Shown here one piece after another: positions 56,280 to 64,000 of a stretch of 64,000 nt of DNA; the stretch's first letter is position 1; every line of letters starts with the position of its first letter. The notes below the pieces were generated by a model. That model was not told the origin of the DNA. It made no database searches and saw only the letters and a program-made list of their open reading frames with translations. The translations under genes were made by a program, and so were the position numbers. Origin of the DNA: Elusimicrobiota bacterium (GTDB lineage: Bacteria > Elusimicrobiota > Elusimicrobia > F11); NCBI GenBank assembly GCA_044221725.1, contig JBGAON010000005.1:224001-288000 (forward strand), in the 5' to 3' direction.

Positions 56280-57405
56280 CCAATTCCATCCATTTGTTGA
56301 CAGCTTCTTCCGCGAGCTCCGCCGTTCCCGGGCTCGGATAGTGATGCTTCTCGGTGACGTCGCGCAGTGCAATGCCCGCCCGCATCAATAGGTCAAAGTA
56401 AAGCACGAGCGCGTCGGCACCCTTTCCATAGATATGGGCGCCCAGCAACTCGGTCGTCTTCTTGCGTCCGACCAATTTGATGATGCCGCGTTCGTTTGAA
56501 ACCGTCACCGCAATTGCGTCGCGAAATTTCGTTTTCGCGTCACGCTCGAGCAATCCAATTCGCGCGAGCGGTGGATCAAACGGCAAAATCGACGGCACGG
56601 CTTCCGGAAACATTTTCTGGCGATTGAAGAACGGGGCGAGAATATTTTCCGCCACCAGCTGCGCCTGATAGTCTTCGTACGCGAGATTGAAATATGGCCC
56701 AAGCACCGGTCCCAACGCGTGAACCCGCGTGTTCGATGTGCGCAATTCGCTGTCCACAACCACTCGCACTTCCGGATGGACGTACACGCGCGCTTTGTCC
56801 AATCCAAAACCGACCACGTTCGGCTGAATGCCGGTGGCGAGAACGGTCGCTTCGCTTTCTGCCGATTGTTTCACGTTCTCGATGCGCACGTTTAGGCTGC
56901 GCAAGTCCTCGGTGACACGTTGAGCCAATTCCGGCTCTTCGCGATGAAGAATAAGGTCACGGTTTGATAGCACGGTCACGCCCGCGCCGCGTCGCGCCAA
57001 ATGAAACGTGAGTCCAATGCCGACCGGTCCGGCTCCCACCACGGTGACCGTGCGCGGCGGCGTGCCTTCGAGCGCCTGGAAGGGAGACAAGCTTTTCCAT
57101 CCGGCGTATTCGACCGGAAGTTTCGGCTCGCTGCCCGACGCCAGGACATAATGCGCCGCTTGGATTTCTTCCCCGCCCGTGCGAAGCGTCTTCGTATCAA
57201 CAAAACGCGGAGTGTCCGTTGTGGTCGCCGGCATGCGCACCGACGGTTTGCCCGTGGAAAGGGATTCCACAATGTTTCGGAAGTAATCTTCGGGCGCGCC
57301 GGGCAACGGAATGAGCAGGACGTCTTTTTTTTGGGCGCGCAGTTTGTCGGCAATCGTTTGAGCGGCACGGCCGCTTCCAAGGATCGCAACATCGGTCTTT
57401 TTCAT
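56272..57405 (-). CDS. Pyridine nucleotide-disulfide oxidoreductase (lipoamide dehydrogenase/MerA-like) homologue lacking the redox cysteines
   Basis: VAILGSG, LASGSEP, VVGAGPVG, LATGIQPN, LRTSNTRVHALG and interface domain LLGAHI. Start taken at MKKTDV. Confidence 0.8.
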   Translation of the reverse strand: MKKTDVAILGSGRAAQTIADKLRAQKKDVLLIPLPGAPEDYFRNIVESLSTGKPSVRMPATTTDTPRFVDTKTLRTGGEEIQAAHYVLASGSEPKLPVEYAGWKSLSPFQALEGTPPRTVTVVGAGPVGIGLTFHLARRGAGVTVLSNRDLILHREEPELAQRVTEDLRSLNVRIENVKQSAESEATVLATGIQPNVVGFGLDKARVYVHPEVRVVVDSELRTSNTRVHALGPVLGPYFNLAYEDYQAQLVAENILAPFFNRQKMFPEAVPSILPFDPPLARIGLLERDAKTKFRDAIAVTVSNERGIIKLVGRKKTTELLGAHIYGKGADALVLYFDLLMRAGIALRDVTEKHHYPSPGTAELAEEAVNKWMELAN

Positions 57406-57413
57406 GGATGAGG

Positions 57414-57424
57414 ATCGTATCACA
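57414..57424 (-). promoter_or_regulatory. Putative extended -10 promoter (TGTG-A-TACGAT) 8 nt before the oxidoreductase ATG
   Basis: Minus strand reads CATGTGATACGATCCTCATCC-ATG with no Shine-Dalgarno. Confidence 0.45.
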
Positions 57425-57475
57425 TGCACATGCGCATGCAAATTTGCTAACACTGGCGCCTTCGTAAACATATCT

Positions 57476-58705
57476 ATGAAAACATCTCCTAAAAAAATCG
57501 TTTTGGCTTACTCTGGCGGGCTTGATACGTCGGTCATCTTGACCTGGTTAAAAGAGGAATACGAGTGCGACGTCGTTGCCTGTTACGTGGATGTCGGACA
57601 ACCGCGAAAAAACCTGGCGGGCGAACGCGAAGACCGCGAAGCGATCCGCAAAAAAGCGTTTCGAACCGGCGCTTCGGATTTCTTCGCGCCCGACGTTTCA
57701 AACGAATACGTTACCGATTACTTGTGGCCGGCGCTGCAGGCCCACGCCACTTACGAACACAAATATTTGCTCGGCACCGCGCTCGCGCGTCCGCTGATTG
57801 CTCAGAAAGTTGTTGAAGTCGCGCGCAAGGTGAAAGCCGACGCGGTTTGCCATGGTGCGACCGGCAAAGGCAACGATCAGGTGCGTTTCGAGTTAACCTT
57901 TGCGGCGCTTGCGCCCGACCTGCAAATTATTGCGCCGTGGCGCACGTGGAATTTCAAGGGCCGTGAAGATCTGCTCGATTTTGCAGCCCGTCACAACATT
58001 CCGGTCCCTGTGTCGAAAAAGCGTCCGTACTCGAGCGACGCAAACCTTTGGCACATTTCACACGAAGGTGGAATCCTCGAAGAACTCGACAAGCCGGTGC
58101 CGGAAGATGTGTACGCGTGGACCGTGTCTCCGGAAAAAGCGCCATCCAAGCCACAGGATGTGACCATTGGATTCGTGCGCGGCATTCCGATCACATTGAA
58201 CGGCAAAAAGATTTCTCCGGTCGACATGGTGGTGACACTCAACAAGCTTGGCGGCCAGCACGGCGTCGGTCGCGTTGACCTTGTTGAAAACAGGCTCGTC
58301 GGCCTCAAGTCACGCGGCGTTTACGAATGCCCGGCCGCAACAATTCTGTACACGGCACACCGCGAATTGGAAACGCTTGCGCTCGATCGTGAGACGCTGC
58401 ATTACAAGGAACAGATTGGTCCCAAGTTTGGCGAGATGACCTATTACGGTCAGTGGTTCACGCCGCTGCGCAAGTCGCTGCAAGATTTCGTGGCCATGAC
58501 GCAGAAAAACGTGACCGGCGAAGTAAAGCTGCGTCTGTACAAAGGAAACTTGGAAATCCGTTCACGCAAATGCGTGAAATCACTTTATTCTCAAGATTGG
58601 GTTACGTTTGAAGCCGATAGCTTCTACAACCAGGCCGACGCGACGGGCTTTATTCGCTTGTTCGGTTTGCCCATCAAAATGCAGGCGCTGCTCCACCGGT
58701 CATGA
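57476..58705 (+). CDS. argG: Argininosuccinate synthase
   Basis: LAYSGGLDTS, YLLGTALARP, HGATGKGNDQVRFE, SSDANLWHISHEGG, ENRLVGLKSRGVYECP. Confidence 0.98.
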   Translation: MKTSPKKIVLAYSGGLDTSVILTWLKEEYECDVVACYVDVGQPRKNLAGEREDREAIRKKAFRTGASDFFAPDVSNEYVTDYLWPALQAHATYEHKYLLGTALARPLIAQKVVEVARKVKADAVCHGATGKGNDQVRFELTFAALAPDLQIIAPWRTWNFKGREDLLDFAARHNIPVPVSKKRPYSSDANLWHISHEGGILEELDKPVPEDVYAWTVSPEKAPSKPQDVTIGFVRGIPITLNGKKISPVDMVVTLNKLGGQHGVGRVDLVENRLVGLKSRGVYECPAATILYTAHRELETLALDRETLHYKEQIGPKFGEMTYYGQWFTPLRKSLQDFVAMTQKNVTGEVKLRLYKGNLEIRSRKCVKSLYSQDWVTFEADSFYNQADATGFIRLFGLPIKMQALLHRS

Positions 58706-60054
58706 GTTCGGCCAGCTGGTCCGACGTCTCCGCTCCCCAAAAATTCATCGAATCCTTTTCGTACGATGTGCGTCTTGCGCCGTACGATATTCAAGGCTCG
58801 ATCGCGCACGCGACGATGCTGGGCCGAAAGAAAATTATTCCACCGGCGCTCGCCAAAAAAATTGTGCGGGGACTCGAATCCATCCTTCGTGACTTGAACC
58901 GCGGGTGGCGCCTTCCTGTGGAAGAGGATATTCATTTTGCTATGGAACGCGAACTCATCAGGCGCTTGGGTCCTTCGGGCGGCGCGTTGCACACGGGTCG
59001 TTCGCGCAACGATCAGGTCATTACGGACCTTTATCTTTATCTGCGCGATCATATCGATATGGTGGTAAAGGAAATTTCGCGCGTTCAAGTGGGAATTCTT
59101 ACGGTGGCTCAGCGCTACCAGGACGCGGTGATGCCGGGCTTCACGCATCTGCAACACGCCCAGCCGGTGCTTTTCGCGCATCATGTGCTCGCCTATGCGT
59201 GGATGCTCGAGCGCGACAAAGGCCGCTTTTTGGACGCCCGCAAACGCCTCGAAGCGTTGCCGTTGGGATCGGCCGCTCTCGCGGGCACGTCGTTTCCCAT
59301 CGATCGGGCGTTCGTGGCCAAACAGTTGGGTTTTAAAACGCTCAGCGAAAATTCCATCGATGCAACGGCGAGCCGCGACGGTGTTGTGGAATTTGTGTCG
59401 GCTTGCGCTATTTTGATGTCCAACTTGTCGCGCATGGCCGAAGAGCTGGTCATCTGGTCGAGCTCCGAATTTTCATTTATCGAACTCATTGCCGAATTTA
59501 CCTCGGGATCTTCGATCATGCCGCAGAAGCGAAACCCGGACGTCGCCGAAATTGTGCGCGGCGAAACGGGCCGCGTGTACGGATCGCTCGTGGCGCTTCT
59601 CACAATTTTGAAAGGCCTGCCGCTCAGCTACAACCGCGATCTTCAGGAAGACAAGCCGCCGTTGTTTGACGCGATCGACACGGTCATGGGCTGTTTGTCG
59701 GTGATGGCGCCCATGATGGGCACGATGAAAGTGAATGTCGCGACGCTAAAACACTGGTGCGACTATGGATTTCTTGCGGCGACCGAGCTTGCGGATTTCC
59801 TTGCGGAGCGCGGCGTTCCGTTTCGAACCGCGCACGGCGTTGTTCGCAAGCTGGTGGCCTATTGTCAGAGCAAGGGCGTTCGACTGGACCGTTTGTCGTT
59901 GTCCGAATTGCAACAATTTCATCCGAAATTTGATGCGCACGCGTTGGATTTGTTGGCGCCGGAAAAAGTGGTGCGCGCAAAAACCTCCTATGGCGGCACA
60001 TCGCCGGCGAGTGTTGCCCGTCAGATTTCAAAACTCAAAAAACTCATCAAGTAA
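58702..60054 (+). CDS. argH: Argininosuccinate lyase
   Basis: LHTGRSRNDQV, PGFTHLQHAQP, signature GSSIMPQKRNPD, YNRDLQEDK. ATGA overlap with argG. Confidence 0.98.
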   Translation: MSSASWSDVSAPQKFIESFSYDVRLAPYDIQGSIAHATMLGRKKIIPPALAKKIVRGLESILRDLNRGWRLPVEEDIHFAMERELIRRLGPSGGALHTGRSRNDQVITDLYLYLRDHIDMVVKEISRVQVGILTVAQRYQDAVMPGFTHLQHAQPVLFAHHVLAYAWMLERDKGRFLDARKRLEALPLGSAALAGTSFPIDRAFVAKQLGFKTLSENSIDATASRDGVVEFVSACAILMSNLSRMAEELVIWSSSEFSFIELIAEFTSGSSIMPQKRNPDVAEIVRGETGRVYGSLVALLTILKGLPLSYNRDLQEDKPPLFDAIDTVMGCLSVMAPMMGTMKVNVATLKHWCDYGFLAATELADFLAERGVPFRTAHGVVRKLVAYCQSKGVRLDRLSLSELQQFHPKFDAHALDLLAPEKVVRAKTSYGGTSPASVARQISKLKKLIK

Positions 60055-60058
60055 CACC

Positions 60059-61363
60059 GTGCGCAAAGTAATCTTGGCCCTTAGTTTGATGTTGCCCGCC
60101 GCGAGTTTGGCCGAGGAACGTCTCACGTTGGCCACGAGCCTCGAACGCGCGCGCGCGAACAACCCGAAGATGTTGCTCGCGTCAAAAGAACTCTCCATCG
60201 CCAAGATGCAACTGCGCCAAGCCAAATCGCAGTACTACCCAAAAGTAAATTTAAATTTGGACTACGTGCGTTACCGAAACGAAACGCTCGGAATCACAGG
60301 GCCCGAGCTCGGAAACGTTATCCTCGAAGCACCGATCGCCGCGAACAAAGGCGAAGAGCGTGGCAACCCGCTCGCGAAGAACTTGTACCTCGGGCGCATC
60401 GGATTCTTGCAGACGTTGTATTCGGGCGGAAAGATCAACACCACGTATCGCCTTTCACAGGCCAGTGTCCGACGCGCTGAAAGTTCCATCGAAACTATTC
60501 GCGCGGATGTGCAGTTCGAAACAACGCAGCTTTTCTACCGCCTTGTGGCGCTGCGCGATCAAAAGAAGATTTTCAACAACGAGCTCCTGGAGATCGACAA
60601 ACTTGCGAAACAGGCCACCGGCGCGCACGCGCAGCTCCAGTTGGCTGCCGCCGAAGCCAACGTTCAAAAAAAGTTGAGCGACTTGAAACAAGAAGAGCAA
60701 ACCGTTCGCTACCGCTACTTGCAGTCGATGGGACTTGAGCTGTTTACCGACGTGCAAGTTGAAGGCGAGCTAACGTTGTCGCCGGCGATCCCCGATTTGC
60801 AAACGGTGCTCGTGTGGGCCAAACAAAACCGAACGGAACTGAAAGAGACGCAAATTCAAGAAGAAGTGGACCAGCTTTCGGTGGAATTGTCGCGATCCGA
60901 GCGTTATCCGGTGTTTTTGTGGGGCGGCGGATACGAAGTACGAAACGAAGATTTCCCGTTGAAAGACACGAACTGGAATACGGCGCTTACAATGAACATT
61001 CCCATTTTTGATGGTTTCTCCGGGTACGCGCGTGTCAAAGAAAGTCGTTATCGCGCGGACCAGGGGCGACTCAAGCGTGTTCAACTTGAAGACCAAGTTG
61101 AAATTGAAGTTCGCACGGCGCATACCGATTGGCAGCACTGGAAAAATGAAATCGATTCGCGCCAAAAACAACTGGCCATGTTTGAGAAACTTCGACGCGA
61201 AGCTTTTGGTGGGAAGGATCGGGTGGGTGGCTCGACCGGTGAGCGCATTGAATACTTGAGCTGGCGGGCGGATTCAAGCGCGGGATTGGTCGAAGCGCAG
61301 TACCAACTTTGCGCCGCCGAAGCCCGACTGTCAAAAGCCGTTGGTCGTCCCATTAATCAATGA
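60059..61363 (+). CDS. TolC-family outer membrane efflux protein
   Basis: Signal peptide from GTG (VRKVILALSLMLPAASLA-EE). OEP patterns A..NNP, A.SQYYP, QTLYSGG and IPIFDGF, with a terminal L..AVG. Confidence 0.85.
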   Translation: MRKVILALSLMLPAASLAEERLTLATSLERARANNPKMLLASKELSIAKMQLRQAKSQYYPKVNLNLDYVRYRNETLGITGPELGNVILEAPIAANKGEERGNPLAKNLYLGRIGFLQTLYSGGKINTTYRLSQASVRRAESSIETIRADVQFETTQLFYRLVALRDQKKIFNNELLEIDKLAKQATGAHAQLQLAAAEANVQKKLSDLKQEEQTVRYRYLQSMGLELFTDVQVEGELTLSPAIPDLQTVLVWAKQNRTELKETQIQEEVDQLSVELSRSERYPVFLWGGGYEVRNEDFPLKDTNWNTALTMNIPIFDGFSGYARVKESRYRADQGRLKRVQLEDQVEIEVRTAHTDWQHWKNEIDSRQKQLAMFEKLRREAFGGKDRVGGSTGERIEYLSWRADSSAGLVEAQYQLCAAEARLSKAVGRPINQ

Positions 61364-62316
61364 AATTTCTTACCCGAGCATTGCTCGTTGCATCGCTGGT
61401 CGTCGGCAAAGCGGCCTTTGCTTTCGACTTCCCGACCGATGTTTCTGAAAAAAGATTCGCGACCGAGGTTCTCTGGAAGGGATTTCAGGGACTTAAGGTC
61501 GACGAGCGCCCCCGCGTCATTCTCGTGCTGGGCGGCGGTGGGGCCAAAGGTTTGGCGCACATCGGAGTGCTCCGCGTGCTGCGCGAAGAACACATTCCGG
61601 TGGATGAGGTGGTGGGGGTTTCGGTTGGTGCGTTGATCGGTTCGCTCACCGCGGCCGGTGTGACCGATATGGAACTCGAAACCATGGCCAACGAAATCGG
61701 CTGGAACAATTTAACGGCCACCTCCAAGGCATCCGCCGTGCGCATGATTCTGAACGACGAATTGCTTTCGACGCAGGGCATGGAAGATTATTTGAGAAAA
61801 CGGATTGGCGACAAAACCTTTAAAGACTTGCCGATTCCGTTTTCTTGCGTGGCGACCGATCTGCGCACCGGCGAAAAAATTGTGTTGCAAGAAGGATCGG
61901 TGGCGTTTGCCGCTCGTGCGAGCGCGACGATTCCCGGTTTGTTTCAACCGGTGCCGTTTCGGCAGCGGCTGCTCGTCGATGGCGGACTGGTCGATAATCT
62001 GCCGACGGATATTGTACCGAGAAAAAATGATTGGGACGTGGTGCTCGCCGTTCATCCGAAAGTCGAAAAACTTGCCGGCGATAAACTGACCGTTTTTAAG
62101 TCGCTCGTGCGCGCGATTGAAATTCAGGGCGGCGTGATCACGCAAGCGGGCAAGAAATCCGCTGACTTCGTGATTGAGCCGGAGGTTGGCGATGTTGGAA
62201 TCGCCGATTTGCGGCGGTCGCGCGAGTGCATTGAGGCGGGGACGTTGGCGGCGCACAAGTCGGTGTTGGCGCTCAAGCAGCTTTTGTTGAGTCGGCAGCG
62301 GGGGGTAAGGAAATGA
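61360..62316 (+). CDS. Patatin-like phospholipase/esterase (NTE/RssA type) with signal peptide
   Basis: LGGGGAKGLAHIGVL, nucleophile elbow GVSVG, ASATIPG, catalytic DGG. ATGA overlap with the TolC gene. Confidence 0.92.
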   Translation: MKFLTRALLVASLVVGKAAFAFDFPTDVSEKRFATEVLWKGFQGLKVDERPRVILVLGGGGAKGLAHIGVLRVLREEHIPVDEVVGVSVGALIGSLTAAGVTDMELETMANEIGWNNLTATSKASAVRMILNDELLSTQGMEDYLRKRIGDKTFKDLPIPFSCVATDLRTGEKIVLQEGSVAFAARASATIPGLFQPVPFRQRLLVDGGLVDNLPTDIVPRKNDWDVVLAVHPKVEKLAGDKLTVFKSLVRAIEIQGGVITQAGKKSADFVIEPEVGDVGIADLRRSRECIEAGTLAAHKSVLALKQLLLSRQRGVRK

Positions 62317-63134
62317 GAATGAATTATTCCCCTCACCCTGCCCTCTCCCCGCTGACGCGGAGAGAGGGATTCGCGTTCGTTTGGGTCTATTTGATTTTTC
62401 TTTTTGCAGCGGCTTCAGTTTTCGCGGCGCCGCAGGATTCAGGGATGAATCTATATAAGCAGGGGAAATTTCCCGAGGCGGCGCAGGCATTTGAAGATGC
62501 ACTGCAAAAAAGCACGACGCGCGGAGAGCGTCGCGTTATTTACCTTTATATGGGCAAAAGCTATTTGTCGGCCGGTCGGCTCGACAAGGCGATCTCCGCC
62601 TACGAGCAAGCGCTGGATTACGACCCGCGTAATTGGCGTCGACATGGCGATCTGGCCGGGCTTTACGAACAGGCCGAACTTTATTGGAAAGCGGTCAACC
62701 TGTACAAAAGCGCACTGGCGCTTAACCCCAAAGATCCTTCGCTTTTTCTGTCGTTGGGCCGAATTTGGCGCAAAATCGGTATTTACGCGTACGCGCTGGC
62801 CGCGGTTGACAGCGCCGCTCTGAACGGAGGCCCGAACGACTTCGTCCAGCAAGAATTGTCACGCATTTACGAGGGACAAGGCCGCTTTCAAGACGCGGCC
62901 GCAGCCAGTCTCAAAGGCAACGACGACGCGCGGCGCGTGGTTTACCTGGCCGCGCTGGCCGATGACAAGGGATTGCTCGACGAGGGCCTCAAAAAGATGA
63001 AGACCGAGCGGGTTTCACCCGAATCGATCCGAACGTACGAAAATTTGGTTCAATTGCTCCAGCTCTCGCCACAAGAGATCCTTGCCGGTAAGACCAGCAG
63101 CACAACCCTCCAGGAGTTATTGAAGAAACAATGA
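62313..63134 (+). CDS. Exported tetratricopeptide-repeat protein
   Basis: Hydrophobic signal/anchor FAFVWVYLIFLFAAASVFA; TPR motifs GKSYLSAGRLDKAISAYEQALDYDP and AVNLYKSALALNP. Confidence 0.85.
   Translation: MRMNYSPHPALSPLTRREGFAFVWVYLIFLFAAASVFAAPQDSGMNLYKQGKFPEAAQAFEDALQKSTTRGERRVIYLYMGKSYLSAGRLDKAISAYEQALDYDPRNWRRHGDLAGLYEQAELYWKAVNLYKSALALNPKDPSLFLSLGRIWRKIGIYAYALAAVDSAALNGGPNDFVQQELSRIYEGQGRFQDAAAASLKGNDDARRVVYLAALADDKGLLDEGLKKMKTERVSPESIRTYENLVQLLQLSPQEILAGKTSSTTLQELLKKQ
62329..62369. repeat. BoxC/REP-like short palindromic element CCCCTCACCCTGCCCTCTCCCCGCTGACGCGGAGAGAGGGA
   Basis: Pyrimidine-rich CCCTCACCC leader plus a CCCTCTC...GAGAGGG hairpin, typical of this widespread element class. 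Single copy in the window. Confidence 0.6.
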
Positions 63135-64000
63135 AGTCGAAGCACGCCGTGTATCGCCGCGGCCAGCTATTTATCGAGAACGTGTCCGTTGCCGACATCG
63201 CCAAAAAGGTCGGCACGCCGTTTTATGCCTACACGCGCGCCGGCATTGAAGATGCCTTGGCGTCCTACGAAACCGCTTTTGCCAGCGTTCCGCACTTGAT
63301 TTGTTATTCGCTGAAAGCAAATTCCAGCTTGAGCATCGCGCGCATATTATCGAAAGCCGGTGGCGGAGTGGACATTGTGTCGGGCGGCGAGCTGCAACGC
63401 GCGCTTTTGGCGGGTTTTTCGCCGGACCGGATTATTTTTTCGGGTGTCGGTAAAACCAAAGATGAGCTGGCTCTCGCCATCAAGAAAGATATTCGGCTCA
63501 TTAACGTGGAATCCGAAGAAGAACTGCGCGCGTTAAACGACGTCGCTAACACCTTGCGACGTCCCGCTTATTTTTCGCTGCGCGTAAACCCCGACGTTCG
63601 GGCTGGCGGTCACCCGCACATTTCGACGGGCACGCCGAAAAACAAATTTGGTGTCTACCACAAAAACATTTTTCCACTGTATCAGTGGGCACAAAAACAA
63701 AAGTACTTACGACCAATTGCAATTCAGTCGCATATCGGTTCGCAAATCACGCGTGTTGCGCCTTACCGCCGTGCGTTGGCCGTTTTGTTGGATTTGGTCG
63801 ACAACTTGCGCCGCATTGGAATTCGCATGGAAATCCTTGATTTGGGCGGAGGGCTCGGCGTCACCTACGACAACGAAACGCCGGAGACGCCGTCGCATCT
63901 GGCCGATGTGGTGTTACCGGCGCTCAAAGGGCGAGGGTTAACGCTTTTCTTGGAACCGGGACGCTCAATGGTGGCGCAGTCCGGAATTTTGGTGACCCGT
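63131..64000 (+). CDS. lysA: Diaminopimelate decarboxylase (3'-truncated; not in the ORF track)
   Basis: Translated from ATG 63131: GTPFYAY, YSLKAN (PLP lysine), DIVSGGEL, FSGVGKT, NVES, LRVNPD...HPHISTG...KFG, HIGSQI, LDLGGG, EPGR. Confidence 0.97.
   Translation, partial: MKSKHAVYRRGQLFIENVSVADIAKKVGTPFYAYTRAGIEDALASYETAFASVPHLICYSLKANSSLSIARILSKAGGGVDIVSGGELQRALLAGFSPDRIIFSGVGKTKDELALAIKKDIRLINVESEEELRALNDVANTLRRPAYFSLRVNPDVRAGGHPHISTGTPKNKFGVYHKNIFPLYQWAQKQKYLRPIAIQSHIGSQITRVAPYRRALAVLLDLVDNLRRIGIRMEILDLGGGLGVTYDNETPETPSHLADVVLPALKGRGLTLFLEPGRSMVAQSGILVTR

Noticed and set aside
57421..57441. CACATGCACATGCGCATGCA as an ArgR (ARG) box upstream of argG
   Set aside because: Only a partial match to TGCAT-N4-ATGCA with no properly spaced second box, and it overlaps the divergent promoter candidate. 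Possible but unsupported.
59765..60058. N-terminal extensions in the ORF track (TolC from 59765, kinase from 51539, ATPase from 51618, argG from 57404, oxidoreductase from 57471)
   Set aside because: They overlap neighbouring genes or promoter regions. The downstream starts fit the family N-termini or signal peptides better.
60059..61363. TolC as part of a type I secretion system exporting the giant protein
   Set aside because: No ABC or MFP genes are in the window, I saw no GGxGxD RTX repeats near the giant's C-terminus, and the TolC gene lies in a separate operon ~11 kb away.

Overview
Bacterial genomic window, moderately GC-rich. About 77% of it (1-49230, +) is the 3' part of one giant gene: at least 16,409 aa, with its start upstream of the window. 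The protein is a Thr/Ser/Asn/Gly/Asp-rich, YD/RHS-like beta-repeat scaffold with three nested repeat levels: a ~69-aa unit, a ~690-aa super-repeat in about 4 copies, and 18 tandem units of exactly 231 aa (693 bp). Inserted domains sit in its loops. It ends with an acidic linker, two hydrophobic segments, a Lys-rich tail and a C-terminal JAB/MPN+ (JAMM)-like metalloprotease motif (E...HTH...PTxxD). Next to it are a convergent OmpR-type two-component pair and a cluster of PilB/GspE ATPase, GAF-HD-GYP, PilZ, tandem-GAF and a small membrane protein. A Cys-free disulfide-reductase homologue follows, then the operon argG-argH-TolC-patatin-TPR-lysA (lysA partial). The best candidate for a novel system is the giant repeat protein with its JAB-like tip, possibly linked to the c-di-GMP/secretion-ATPase cluster. 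All calls come from reading motifs by eye; no searches were run.
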